DNA of 64,000 nucleotides from a bacterium (lineage in GTDB: Bacteria > UBA10199 > 2-02-FULL-50-16 > JAJFLM01). The position numbers and the translations under genes are program-made. Positions 45,401-53,641 of this stretch are shown here, one piece after another. Numbering within the stretch: position 1 is the stretch's first letter; each line of letters opens with the position of its first letter. The notes below the pieces were generated by a model, which saw only the letters and a program-made list of their open reading frames with translations, did not search any database and had not been told where the DNA came from. The stretch is from contig CBDCFN010000016.1 in assembly GCA_965216315.1 (NCBI GenBank), positions 512,001 to 576,000 of the forward strand, read 5' to 3'.

Positions 45401-46775
45401 TGGGAGGCGCCCCCGGCTCCCGGCAGACCCCTCGGAACGTCTTACCCCGCAGCTAACGGGACCCATTTATGCCCGTTCACAGAAGTTAGCGCGGGAGATC
45501 GCTGCAACCCCAGAGAATCAGCGTAAAAATAATCCTCGTTGGGTCGGTATGTTGGCCGAGCGGGAAATTCTTGCCGAGATAGATCCACAAGTGACCTTTG
45601 ATCGCGGCCAGCAAGAAGGACGCAATTTTATTCGCATTCGTATTGGCGATGATGAATATGCCTTCTGGCCGGAGGACGCGGTGCAGATTACGCAAGCTTT
45701 GGAAAGTGCCGCATCCATCTTGACCGGTGCACGGCAGGAGCGGGCGCGCGAGATTCTGGCGGCGTTCAATCGTTATATTAAAGCCATGATGACTTCGGCC
45801 CGGCCGATATTAACAGACGAGCGTCGGGCTCAGCTACAACGGGCCGGCCTCACTCAAGCGGATCTCGTCTTAATTGAAGAGGCGGTCGGACAAAACATAG
45901 CAGGTCAATATGAGATCAAAGAGTTGATTGGCATGGGTCAACAAAGCCTGATCTTTCGGGCCTATGATCACGAAGAAGGTCAAGATGTTGTCGTGAGGCA
46001 GGCAGCTTTTTCTTATTCTAAGCTCGACAATCGCTACGCTCTCGCGGAGCATGAAAAGCGCCGGAAGCAGCTTGGTGAGTCTTTTCGAGCCCAGATCAAG
46101 GACCCGACTGGCAAGATGCCGGCGGCTATTAAAGCTATCGAAGCGCCGGCTATTATTCCAGCCGCACGACAATCAGAGCCTTTGTCAAAAGAACTCTATG
46201 TTATTGAAGAATATGTTAATGGTTCGACGATCAATGAGGTTATCCAGAGTCCCTTCTGGATTCGCATGCCGCTGGAGGAACGGGAAAGATGGCTGAAAGC
46301 TTGGATGGGTCAGTTTATCGAGTTTTGGGGTGCCTATCAACAGGCGGGTTATCATTATAGTGATATCAATCCCGACAACCTCATGGTTGATGACGAGACG
46401 AGCGGACTTCGCGTCGTCGATGCGGGGAGCCTCCGTCCTATTCAAAATATCTTCATCCAGGGGGGACCTCTTGCCTATACGCCGGGGTATACGACGCCGA
46501 AATTGCTTGAAATGATTAAGGGCCACAGCAGACGCAGTATGCAGACGAGCCCGAACTATCTCTATCCCATGCTCGGCAAGCTCATGCACCACATCTTGAC
46601 TGGAGAGGCCCCACAGCAAGCCGGTGTCATGCCGGATATGCCGGCGTTGAAAAACTCCGGCAAGGCCAGCTCGGGTGCGATTACCGTCATTGACCGTTTC
46701 TTGGCGATGGATGGAGCGACGGATATGGGGACCTATCGGAATGCGCAGGCGGCCTTTAAGCAGTGGCGCCCTTAA
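39441..46775 (+). CDS. Giant membrane-anchored coiled-coil protein with PP2C phosphatase, FHA-like and divergent Ser/Thr kinase domains
   Basis: TM ~40362-40412; E/Q/R/L heptads ~40420-43800; DGMGG, GDTR, SDGL, DN; ISR..DLGKANG; IGMGQQS, YSDINPDN, DAG. Confidence 0.85.
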   Translation: MVPIASFSSSLALGFPAATATFQAPMLLASGRTNDPMTAVMAGAGSFTNLTEQGDGQDQLSLGSDASSALLAQGTGLREESPVLSLLATGANTDPEMSSDVDGPSLSVQNTAAMTAAPSRFMGRASQFLSTMVFIGAMFCGGCGNESTTDNRPAVTRAMPEGINQAETLRESAFIFGLTDMPSGELNDPATVDIAILTGAPYQAFKADLIRVDPRLAAQWTEVEALVQHLTTAANVRDGNPNVVTRAEMATRHDPATNSTEFTNAVRTLRLAHNIVAEYGRRVEGRGAASVSRPSDQSSDHDSPLGTLLGILALLALAGAGFYIARQRKTMKGQQQTINDGKQRLREAETLIKDLSRKQVLLGLDQGEQRYEDIAARLQAAKEKNASIKKLQADLTEVERDNVERAAALRESNRKRYEEMREEATRAAEEERVYKSLKRYRDSLRERLEKLQADEDEDPAVTVEKLREKIEEFNSAIKERDRLQAELDGLKSDNEGLDQQKVNLQAEIDRLQPIIFELRREVGTLAGQARDLRAKKEQQESARDDFNESIITLKSELHALGLTINSLGTEKAELEREKTSLIAKRDAVTAAIAQLRGSIAELEAALPQLAAERGRLDEQKSQLEPQVEEQTRLRNAAQEAYDTTLNTLNGLKDDERDFTTRKTELEDEIGEKEGSIESLKSTIGTLEARKNTLNTELTETKEKHDKLAEEIPGIERATLEAQAALADLITSHEDKVRIRGEEEAKAQAKSDAVAEQDRIIGELRAQIEQDDLKYNARLATAQSERARRGALRQEIARIEAEIRAYEIEMDGVSAIDAQLQEATERSQYLETAQFVDDEEANAAKIEMSELADRLGRLQRRREEMDLVAQRVSLRAELEPFAAAGDHVSGQAVELQLKIDALTERISAGEAGLTAQRDELSAMRGTLRSSRDELESELERLTETVRQLSGEVDGLKQRLREKNEQLEGLQSEDKGLNADIRSRETDISLAEGEIQRLKGVLEQTQERKEAAEAEARAKFEEQQQLNEQIAAARQRAQEIHEDILQKGIQKAEAEAARDDLQQRYAQVESQVLAVWEQVTEVYANYMEHRRFIEAVLRLIARVARPIQDDEATQPELYIEALDERLQEVQQVIDQVGTAEHRHEDMVRASEQLGSMIQRVEQQVVTMESGIGLLTEKDLELQNRIAELKGEIEEFKAHRAEVTEQRAERDRLTAEYPNEQYQNVDEELTDLRNRVPELQGKANQLDILKGQISGIAEQYGDLDNAIAQEEALKQEAQDELDERNRRLAELDKSKGELAEQSAAVQASIDEAGQEIKDREAELAEAEAEQERVRAQITEREKARDEANEALDVVRAEAERVQGQIEYLKGELEKFQQNQPALVDQHAQLHKAFQVITYMTRRMGDIQSQLEALQPMYPDLVDPILARISEQSATDVVDQVTAFELLLLINALNADIARLSVTTVRATGAQMMRGEVDDVYQPPIVKVAATPDMGELAQTATQGMGRKYAEDTVTHAHDDNRNLYILDVDGMGGHEKGDVAAEIATEQYTLTASIHGDPIAALRAANTSMRQTFAHKGDKAPGACAVSVRIRKPEQAGGAHHADFNWLGDTRAIVLRRNAAGKWQWLYRTVDQNMGLVHMQAGALKPGVDFEVGGKGLEMALLTVPNNNVVISALGQKDEPDIKYTKDGHVPAENDWGRREATEFAGGVPLQRGDVVLMGSDGLFGNFGNIEMIANLIQYCETAEEIIQVLTREAHERMAILREAKRHLKNGGRWPFEHHGRSLFIDSSGKVYEEANSTKPFDIFNIDNFSASVYLHNPTTPRAPHLGADDGASPAFNDAVTDRIALPTLEHKGNNRYGLTIHSGTQIVEFRRRTADEQGTGFIQQGNRLTIYIDSPRISRQGEARMIRDADGVYQMQDLGKANGVRVFEDGQPVRITSHQNYPVQEGGVFFVGDYRFDIDRLPEAVDDGPMVEIAVEELEPVDGVDQVVGGRRPRLPADPSERLTPQLTGPIYARSQKLAREIAATPENQRKNNPRWVGMLAEREILAEIDPQVTFDRGQQEGRNFIRIRIGDDEYAFWPEDAVQITQALESAASILTGARQERAREILAAFNRYIKAMMTSARPILTDERRAQLQRAGLTQADLVLIEEAVGQNIAGQYEIKELIGMGQQSLIFRAYDHEEGQDVVVRQAAFSYSKLDNRYALAEHEKRRKQLGESFRAQIKDPTGKMPAAIKAIEAPAIIPAARQSEPLSKELYVIEEYVNGSTINEVIQSPFWIRMPLEERERWLKAWMGQFIEFWGAYQQAGYHYSDINPDNLMVDDETSGLRVVDAGSLRPIQNIFIQGGPLAYTPGYTTPKLLEMIKGHSRRSMQTSPNYLYPMLGKLMHHILTGEAPQQAGVMPDMPALKNSGKASSGAITVIDRFLAMDGATDMGTYRNAQAAFKQWRP

Positions 46776-47533
46776 CCGATCGTAATTTCCTTGATCATTC
46801 CATCTCGATGAAAACGAACTGCTGTTTGCGAATGGCTCCTGCGTCGCGAATGCGTCAAGAGCCGCATAACTTTGGCGAGCGAGAGTTTTCCATCCATATC
46901 CAGACAAACGGTGACACCCGCATGAAATTTATGACCTAAGATTTCGGTTTTGTTGGCGAGGACGATCGAGCGCAGTGAACCGTTATGATGAAACTCAAGG
47001 CAGGAGTTGGCAGCGGCGATAAGTACCTGCTTATTGAAACGGATTTCCATGGGTTCATTAATATGTACCCAAACCAGCTGACCTTGATTGGAGAAATGGA
47101 CGACGGTTCCGGCCGGGAAGCGGTAGCCGGCTATTTGCATGGCTTCGGCCAGAGTCGTTTCTTTGAGGATGCCATTGCGGTAAAACGAAACCAGACGATG
47201 TGCGATGAGTTTTTTGACTTGAGCGCAATTGGTTTTCAGTCGGGTATCGCTCGCAAGTGAGACCCAATCCAGCTGAGCGTCGGGAAAGAAGTAGGCGATA
47301 CTGGTGCCGGGGAAAGTATTCGCACCGATGCGAGTCATGTCCCCAAGCCAGATGGAGGTCAGCCGCCCCCGCTCCGTGTAGAAAATTTCCGAACCTTGAG
47401 GCAGCTGCAGACCATGGACATTCATGTCGGCATGCAGCCGTGTGCTAAAGGTTCGGGGGCTATGCACGAGCAAAGCCCTGTCCTTCGGGTCCGTTTCAGT
47501 GACCTCTAAGTCGATTTCGTTCGCCGCCCTCAT
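46772..47533 (-). CDS. Beta-repeat protein (MORN-variant/YwqK-like)
   Basis: Repeats of (F/L)PxGxx(I/V)xF...GxL; GGAGG RBS before ATG 47533. Confidence 0.65.
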   Translation of the reverse strand: MRAANEIDLEVTETDPKDRALLVHSPRTFSTRLHADMNVHGLQLPQGSEIFYTERGRLTSIWLGDMTRIGANTFPGTSIAYFFPDAQLDWVSLASDTRLKTNCAQVKKLIAHRLVSFYRNGILKETTLAEAMQIAGYRFPAGTVVHFSNQGQLVWVHINEPMEIRFNKQVLIAAANSCLEFHHNGSLRSIVLANKTEILGHKFHAGVTVCLDMDGKLSLAKVMRLLTHSRRRSHSQTAVRFHRDGMIKEITIG

Positions 47534-47570
47534 GGCGAGATTCCCCTCCAAATTCATAGCCCCTGCGCCT

Positions 47571-47598
47571 CATCGGATTGCAGGGCGGGTTGAGTTGC
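47571..47598 (-). promoter_or_regulatory. GCAAC-N18-CGATG alternative-sigma promoter candidate
   Basis: Minus strand GCAACtcaacccgccctgcaatcCGATG. Confidence 0.5.
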
Positions 47599-47668
47599 GC
47601 GCCGGGGCAAAAATATTTGGCTACGTATTCATATGTATACTGAAAATAGTGTCATGAGGACTAACAGC

Positions 47669-47694
47669 GCAACGAGGAGGTGATTTTGGCGATA
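47669..47694 (+). promoter_or_regulatory. GCAAC-N16-CGATA alternative-sigma promoter candidate
   Basis: GCAACgaggaggtgattttggCGATAC, 30 nt before ATG 47724. Confidence 0.5.
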
Positions 47695-47723
47695 CACGGG
47701 GCACATTAACGAGAATTATTGTC

Positions 47724-49379
47724 ATGGTGTATACAACACTCAGCCAAACGACTCTTCTTATGGGTCACACCCTCCCAATGCTCGCGTCTGCCGATCTGTC
47801 CGCAACGCAGCCGGCGCCAGTGCTTGCCGCACCGTCACAGTCATCACTCGCATCGACGTTGTTTCAGCGCTGCATCGCGCGCCCCCTCGTGGCGACGCAT
47901 ATGTTACTCAGTCCGTTGAGTTTCGCTGGCTGTGAAGACCGGGAAATTAAACCCGTTGTGTCGGCTCGGCCTGACAGTGTTCAATCCATTCAAAGCCCTT
48001 TAGAAGTCGATTCGAACGTTGTTCCGAAAGAATTGGCGGTTATCGGTGTCTTGGTCTTGCTAGGTACGGGCTTGATACTATTGAGAAAAAATTCTCAGCT
48101 GAGATCGGAGCTGAAGGCCAAAAATAGCGCGTTGCATGAGAAAAGCGAGGAATTAGAATCCATCCAGATTTCATACGCTAAGATGCGACGGCTATTCGCG
48201 AAGGTGAAGGATCGCGATAAGATGCTGGGTCTCTATCAATCCAAGTTGGATGTCGATGCTATCTCGGCTGAACTTCGAGATCTTGAGCGAGAGATTGCCG
48301 GCCTGCAGGAGTTAAAGGAAGAACGCTATCGCTTGAAAACCGAATTTGATGAGCTCACTTCGTTAAAGTCCGTGATGGAGTTTGATTGTGAGCGCTTTGG
48401 AACAGCGATTGAGAAAGTCGAGGACGAACTGGACGAGCTGGATGCAGCATTAAAGGTTGCCGAAAGCCGATTAAAACAACGAAAGGCCGAGTATAAATCT
48501 AAACAGCAAGAGCTAGAGAATGTTCGACAACGCAGAATCACGCCTCTTCGCGTAGCACTAGCTCCGGCACCGGAAAATCCGGAGCGGCCGGTTAGGAGAG
48601 AGGTTCGATATGATCTGCCGTTGGCACAGCGGAAACGGCAGGCAATTCCTCTTCTGTCAGTCCCCGTCCCGAAAGGGCGACGCGTGAACGTGCGGTTGCA
48701 TGATGGTTTTGCCGAATATGTTCGCAATAACGGGGCCGACGTTGAGATGAGTCGTGGTGTCGGAGTCAATGGTTTTTTTAACCTTGTTCCTAAAATAGGG
48801 TATCGATTTCTCCGTGTAAGCTCCTTTCACTCGCATGATTGGAAAGCATTAGATCTTGTCTCGCTTGATGTGATTTCGGAGCCTATCAATCCGGAGGCTC
48901 ATGGTGTTTGTGATGGTGACTTTATCCTCATCAAGGACAAGGAGGGGGGACTCGTTGGTGTCGGTACTGTCAGTAGCGTCGGTGTAAGTCGCTTTAAGGC
49001 ACTCGAAGGAGCAGCTGGATCGTCGTCAGCAAAAATTTCATCGTCGGCTCTGAGCTCACAAAAACCACCGCAAAGCCAAAAGCCGGTATCACCGCAAACA
49101 ACTTTCGATATACTACGCCCTCCTGGAAAAACTGCCGAGCGGTTTGGAGCAACGGTCGAGCGGCTTGATGACGGGAAATATGAATTCCGCATCCGAGTCT
49201 ATGAAGGGGAGATTTTGATCTGGGGAGATCGGCGGTATCAGGGTCCCGCTATTCGTAAGCTTGCCGTCAGTCGTGCAACTGAAATCAAGATACAACCGTC
49301 TCGTGGCAGGCGGCTATCATTTACGCTGCGGCCGCCGAAAACCGGGCAGCAAGCCAGCATTGAGAAACACCCGCGGTAG
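47724..49379 (+). CDS. Membrane-anchored coiled-coil protein, N-terminal half resembles the giant protein
   Basis: TM LAVIGVLVLLGTGLILL followed by coiled coil; segment similarity to 39441 ORF. Confidence 0.75.
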   Translation: MVYTTLSQTTLLMGHTLPMLASADLSATQPAPVLAAPSQSSLASTLFQRCIARPLVATHMLLSPLSFAGCEDREIKPVVSARPDSVQSIQSPLEVDSNVVPKELAVIGVLVLLGTGLILLRKNSQLRSELKAKNSALHEKSEELESIQISYAKMRRLFAKVKDRDKMLGLYQSKLDVDAISAELRDLEREIAGLQELKEERYRLKTEFDELTSLKSVMEFDCERFGTAIEKVEDELDELDAALKVAESRLKQRKAEYKSKQQELENVRQRRITPLRVALAPAPENPERPVRREVRYDLPLAQRKRQAIPLLSVPVPKGRRVNVRLHDGFAEYVRNNGADVEMSRGVGVNGFFNLVPKIGYRFLRVSSFHSHDWKALDLVSLDVISEPINPEAHGVCDGDFILIKDKEGGLVGVGTVSSVGVSRFKALEGAAGSSSAKISSSALSSQKPPQSQKPVSPQTTFDILRPPGKTAERFGATVERLDDGKYEFRIRVYEGEILIWGDRRYQGPAIRKLAVSRATEIKIQPSRGRRLSFTLRPPKTGQQASIEKHPR

Positions 49380-49395
49380 AATCAGGTGCCGCCGG

Positions 49396-50520
49396 TCACG
49401 TAACGCCAAGAGGGCGCGCAACTTCCGGTTTTCTCACTTTCCAGATCCAGCCATCATAGAGAAAATGCAGGAGTGATGTGCCGGAATAGTAGACGATGTA
49501 GAAATCCGTCCCGCGCAGGTTGAGGAGGAGGTAATAGGTCAAACCCATCCCCGCAATGAGAAGTGGGGCGCCTTTGAGGGCGCTACGAAAACAGAATGCC
49601 GCGACGTCACGGTTGTTCCGGTCTTGATACTTTCCATGGCCGTAGAGGTGCACAAAGGCGATGTACTCAACGGCATGGGCCATGCCGAAACAAAGATAGC
49701 CGACGATTGGTCCATGGATGACAAAGATCGCCAAGAGGGTGAGAGTCGAGATCAGGAACGTCCAGCGAGGCACTCTTTGCCGCCAACTCAGTTCCGCTGC
49801 CAGTTCATTGCGGAGCCACCAAACGAGTGCGATCAATGCTGTGATCCCGACAATTGTTGGGATCAGCCAGAGGAGGAAATTTTGGTCAACAAAGCTGAGA
49901 GCCTTCATCACGAAACGGGCTTTACCAAGCGTTGCGAAGCTTGGCCGCTGATACAGAGCCGCTCCACAAATGATGACCACAACGAATGACCAGAGCAAAA
50001 ATAAATCACGCCGACCGTGGGCGTGTTGCTCGATACCGCCCTTGCTGCGTCCGGCGTAGACCCGGAGTATGCCATAACGTTGCATAATCACGTGCCAGAT
50101 ATTCCAAAAGGCGACGATGATGATAATAATGGTCCAAGTCCAGGGGAGATCACTGATTCGGCTCCCGATTAAGAGAGCAAAGATGAGCAGTGGTGACAGG
50201 ATGTAGTCACGGATGCGCTGCGACAAGATCTGGCGGTCTCCATAGACGAGTAATAAAGTGTAATGCCGGTGGATGTACGTCAGGCCGAGTACGACGACCA
50301 TGGCCAGGCTCAAGTTTTGAAAAAAGGCTACGCGTTCAGTGTGGCGAAGCGGGATGGGGCCACTCATGTCGAGACCCCAGACGATCCAGAAATAAAAAGG
50401 AAGCCAGCAGAAAGCCAGGCAACTCAGATCGAAAATGGGGTTTACGAGCCAGCGGGCCGATGGCTTATTCGCGTCCATGTTTGTGGCGGTGTTCCAGGAT
50501 ACGTTTGTAGCAAAAGACAT
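49396..50520 (-). CDS. Polytopic membrane protein with His motifs, unknown function
   Basis: Many TM segments; HRH, WHVIMQ, HAVEY, HFLYDGWIWK. Confidence 0.75.
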   Translation of the reverse strand: MSFATNVSWNTATNMDANKPSARWLVNPIFDLSCLAFCWLPFYFWIVWGLDMSGPIPLRHTERVAFFQNLSLAMVVVLGLTYIHRHYTLLLVYGDRQILSQRIRDYILSPLLIFALLIGSRISDLPWTWTIIIIIVAFWNIWHVIMQRYGILRVYAGRSKGGIEQHAHGRRDLFLLWSFVVVIICGAALYQRPSFATLGKARFVMKALSFVDQNFLLWLIPTIVGITALIALVWWLRNELAAELSWRQRVPRWTFLISTLTLLAIFVIHGPIVGYLCFGMAHAVEYIAFVHLYGHGKYQDRNNRDVAAFCFRSALKGAPLLIAGMGLTYYLLLNLRGTDFYIVYYSGTSLLHFLYDGWIWKVRKPEVARPLGVT

Positions 50521-50574
50521 TAACGACGATGATAATGCCCCAAAACAGACCCATGAAAATCCAGCCGGAGTGGC

Positions 50575-52134
50575 TCATGATTTCTCCCTCGCTTTTAAGC
50601 GGTGATGAGCAAAACTATATTTCACTCCTATAACAAGACCCACGAGCATCAAACAGAGCATGACGCGGACGCCTGCAACGTATGCCATGTTTTCGGGTTT
50701 TACATTTTTCATGAGGATTACTTCGAAACCGGTTTTGTAAAGCCAGACGCCGAGCAGGCCAATCAAGAACATTGGTGTGACGTATTTCAGGATATAAAAG
50801 AATATCCGTGGGACTCGCATATCCGCCCCGCGGGTGATTTCCTGCCAGGCATTCTTTGGCCCAAAGAGCCAGACAAAAATTACGATTTCAACGACGGCAA
50901 ACACGGTGACGCCAAAGGTGCCTAACCAGAAATCCATGTCGTCGAGGAAGCCTTGTTTCAGGAAAAAGATGACCGGTTGGCAGAGGACAAAAAGTGCCGT
51001 GCCGGTGATGGCTGTTGCGACTTTGCGACTGACCTGAAACTCGTCTTGGAGAAAAGCCATGAAGGGTTGCACGATGGCTACAGAGCTAGTCAGGGCGGCC
51101 ACGAACAGGAGAAAAAACCACACGGTGCCAAAGGCCTGCCCGAAAGGGATTTCCTGAAAGATCAGCGGCATGGCTGCGAACCCTAAGTTGAAGGCGCCGC
51201 CGGCAGCGACCTGCTGAGTGCCGACAATGCCGAAAAAGGCAACGGCAATAGGGATTGCAATGGAGCCGCCGAGAATGACTTCAACAAAACTGTTGGTCGA
51301 CGCCGTGCTCAAGCCATTGAGCGCGACATCGTCATTCTTTTTAATATAGCTGGCATAGGTTTGAATGGCTCCAAAGCCGACCGAAAGAGTAAAAAAGACC
51401 TGACCGGCGGCTGCCAGCCATACTTTGGGGTTTTTGAGACTGGTAAAATCAGGATTCCAGAGAAAACCAAGGCCGGCGTTAATTGAGTTTTCCGGAACAT
51501 TCGGGTCGGGTGTTCCGAGCGTAAAGATACGGATCATGAGAATGATTCCAAAGATAAACAAGAGCGGCATGCCGAACTTCGCTAAACGTTCGAGGCCGCG
51601 GACGACACCGCGTGACAAGACGTAAATCGTTAGGCCCAAGCTAATCGCATAGAAAAGATAGGACGTCCAAATGTTGCTGAAGTATTGGCTGGTCGTGACA
51701 CCTTGATAGCTTGAGAGGAACAAGCTCATTTCCTGCTGAGTGGTAATGCCCATGTATTTCCCGGTAAGGGAAAAGAAACTAAAGCCCAATGTCCAGCTCA
51801 TGATGTAAATGTAGTAAACTCCGACACCGAAGCTAATGAGAATGCCAAAAGTTCCTAAGTACTTAGAGATACGATGATGCCAGAGGCGATAGAACATGCC
51901 CGGGGTGGTGCCGTGACCATGGCTGCCACCATGTCGTCCCATCGCCCACTCGACCCACATCAGCGGAATGCCGAATAAGAGTAGACAAATGAAGTAGGGG
52001 ACCATGAAGGCTCCCCCACCATTCTCAGCACACTGGACGGGAAAACGGAGGAAATTACCGAGCCCGACGGCGTTGCCGGCCGTAGCGAGGACGAGTCCGA
52101 TGCGTGACTTCCAAAGCTCGCGAGGCTGGGCCAT
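50575..52134 (-). CDS. NSS (neurotransmitter:sodium symporter) family transporter
   Basis: GNAVGLGNFLRFP, NGGGAF, AAGQVFFTLSVGFG. Confidence 0.95.
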   Translation of the reverse strand: MAQPRELWKSRIGLVLATAGNAVGLGNFLRFPVQCAENGGGAFMVPYFICLLLFGIPLMWVEWAMGRHGGSHGHGTTPGMFYRLWHHRISKYLGTFGILISFGVGVYYIYIMSWTLGFSFFSLTGKYMGITTQQEMSLFLSSYQGVTTSQYFSNIWTSYLFYAISLGLTIYVLSRGVVRGLERLAKFGMPLLFIFGIILMIRIFTLGTPDPNVPENSINAGLGFLWNPDFTSLKNPKVWLAAAGQVFFTLSVGFGAIQTYASYIKKNDDVALNGLSTASTNSFVEVILGGSIAIPIAVAFFGIVGTQQVAAGGAFNLGFAAMPLIFQEIPFGQAFGTVWFFLLFVAALTSSVAIVQPFMAFLQDEFQVSRKVATAITGTALFVLCQPVIFFLKQGFLDDMDFWLGTFGVTVFAVVEIVIFVWLFGPKNAWQEITRGADMRVPRIFFYILKYVTPMFLIGLLGVWLYKTGFEVILMKNVKPENMAYVAGVRVMLCLMLVGLVIGVKYSFAHHRLKAREKS

Positions 52135-52261
52135 GAAGTTCTATTAGTGGCTTCAGGCGGTCAGTGCAAGGAAAATGCTCCATTAGGCGGGTCCTGTCCC
52201 TGGGCGGATCACCCCATTAAATTGCGCCGGGTGATGTGAGCGATTCGTTCTAGTGAGCAAC

Positions 52262-52320
52262 GCGAGCGAGAGGGGGAGGCTCCAGGAGCTTTGCTTCTGG
52301 AGGGGGCGACGCTAGCCCCT
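52262..52320. repeat. G-rich hairpin intergenic element directly after gdh stop
   Basis: GAGAGGGGGAGG-CTCCAGGAGC-ttt-GCTTCTGGAG-GGGGCGACGCTAGCCCCT. Confidence 0.5.
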
Positions 52321-52321
52321 A

Positions 52322-53593
52322 TTACGGAAACAGACCGCGCGTCTTCATGGCACTGCTGATCGTTTCAATAGCCGTTGCCAGGGCCGCCTCGCGCATCGTG
52401 AATTTACGGTGGAGGTGCACGGTATAGGTGTTGTCGAAGGCGCGTAACAGGATGTCGCAAAGACGTTTTTCGATTTCTTCTTTCGTCCAGAGGAGACTCT
52501 GAATGCCCTGGACCCACTCAAAATAACTAACGGTGACTCCGCCGGCATTGGCGAGCACGTCTGGAATGATGAAGAGATCATCATTTTCAGTGAGTATCTT
52601 TTCGGCTTCATTGGTGGTTGGCCCATTCGCCCCTTCGGCGAGGATGCGACACCGGATTTTTTTGGCATTGTTTTTATTGATGACACCGCCAACGGCCGCC
52701 GGTATCAAGATCTCGACATCCAGAGTCAAGAGCTCCTCATTACTAATGTGATCGGCCTCTTTATAGCCTTTTAAAAACTGATTTTCTTTTAGGTAGTTAC
52801 TGATCGAGAGTAGATCCAATCCTTTGTCATTGTAAAGTGCGGTCGTGTGATCGCTAACGGCAACAATGCGACAGCCTTCCTCGGCAAGGAATTCCGCAGC
52901 CGCGGCACCGACCTGTCCAAAACCTTGCACGGCGACTTTTGTTTGGTTGGCGAGCGGGATATGCAGTCGCTTGGCAGCTTCACTGGCCAGGAAACCGCAG
53001 CCGAATCCCGGGGCTTCTTTGCGACCAACGGAACCGCCAATCTCAACCGGTTTACCGGTCACCACTTGTGGAACGGCATGGCCGACCTGAGCACTATAGG
53101 TGTCCATCATCCACGCCATGACTTGGGCGCTTGTCCCCATGTCGGGGGCCGGGATATCGATAGTCGGGCCGATGAAATTAACGATATCCATCGTGTAGCG
53201 CCGCGTGAGCCGTTGCAATTCTCGACGACTCAATGGATGGGTATTAATCGAGACGCCCCCTTTGGCTCCACCCAATGGAAGACCTACGAGTGCTGTTTTC
53301 CAAGTCATGAGCATCGCGAGGGCGGCGACTTCGCCTAAGTTGACGGATTCATGGTAGCGAATGCCTCCTTTGTAAGGGCCGAGGGTGTCGTTGTGCTGGA
53401 CGCGATAGCCGGGAACAACTCGGACCGTATAGTCGTCCATGCGAAAGGGGACGCTGACAATGTGTGCGTGTTCAGGGACGCGGAGTCGATAGAAAAGATT
53501 TTCGTCGAGGTCAATCTTGGAAGCGATTTGCTCGAACTGTAGCTGGACCTCGCGAAATAGCGGTGAATCCCACTCGGCGGCCAGTGCCTTCAT
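52322..53593 (-). CDS. gdhA: Glu/Leu/Phe/Val dehydrogenase (glutamate dehydrogenase)
   Basis: GPYKGGIRYH, GGAKGG, PAPDMGT, QGFGQVG, EGANGP, NAGGVTVSYFEW. Confidence 0.93.
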   Translation of the reverse strand: MKALAAEWDSPLFREVQLQFEQIASKIDLDENLFYRLRVPEHAHIVSVPFRMDDYTVRVVPGYRVQHNDTLGPYKGGIRYHESVNLGEVAALAMLMTWKTALVGLPLGGAKGGVSINTHPLSRRELQRLTRRYTMDIVNFIGPTIDIPAPDMGTSAQVMAWMMDTYSAQVGHAVPQVVTGKPVEIGGSVGRKEAPGFGCGFLASEAAKRLHIPLANQTKVAVQGFGQVGAAAAEFLAEEGCRIVAVSDHTTALYNDKGLDLLSISNYLKENQFLKGYKEADHISNEELLTLDVEILIPAAVGGVINKNNAKKIRCRILAEGANGPTTNEAEKILTENDDLFIIPDVLANAGGVTVSYFEWVQGIQSLLWTKEEIEKRLCDILLRAFDNTYTVHLHRKFTMREAALATAIETISSAMKTRGLFP

Positions 53594-53641
53594 ATGAGTG
53601 GGATTGTCTCACAAATGACGAAGGGTCCAAAGGCAAAATAT

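Noticed and set aside
43809..46907. Antisense ORFs of 229 and 240 aa within the giant gene
   Set aside because: Shadow ORFs opposite recognisable PP2C and kinase domains
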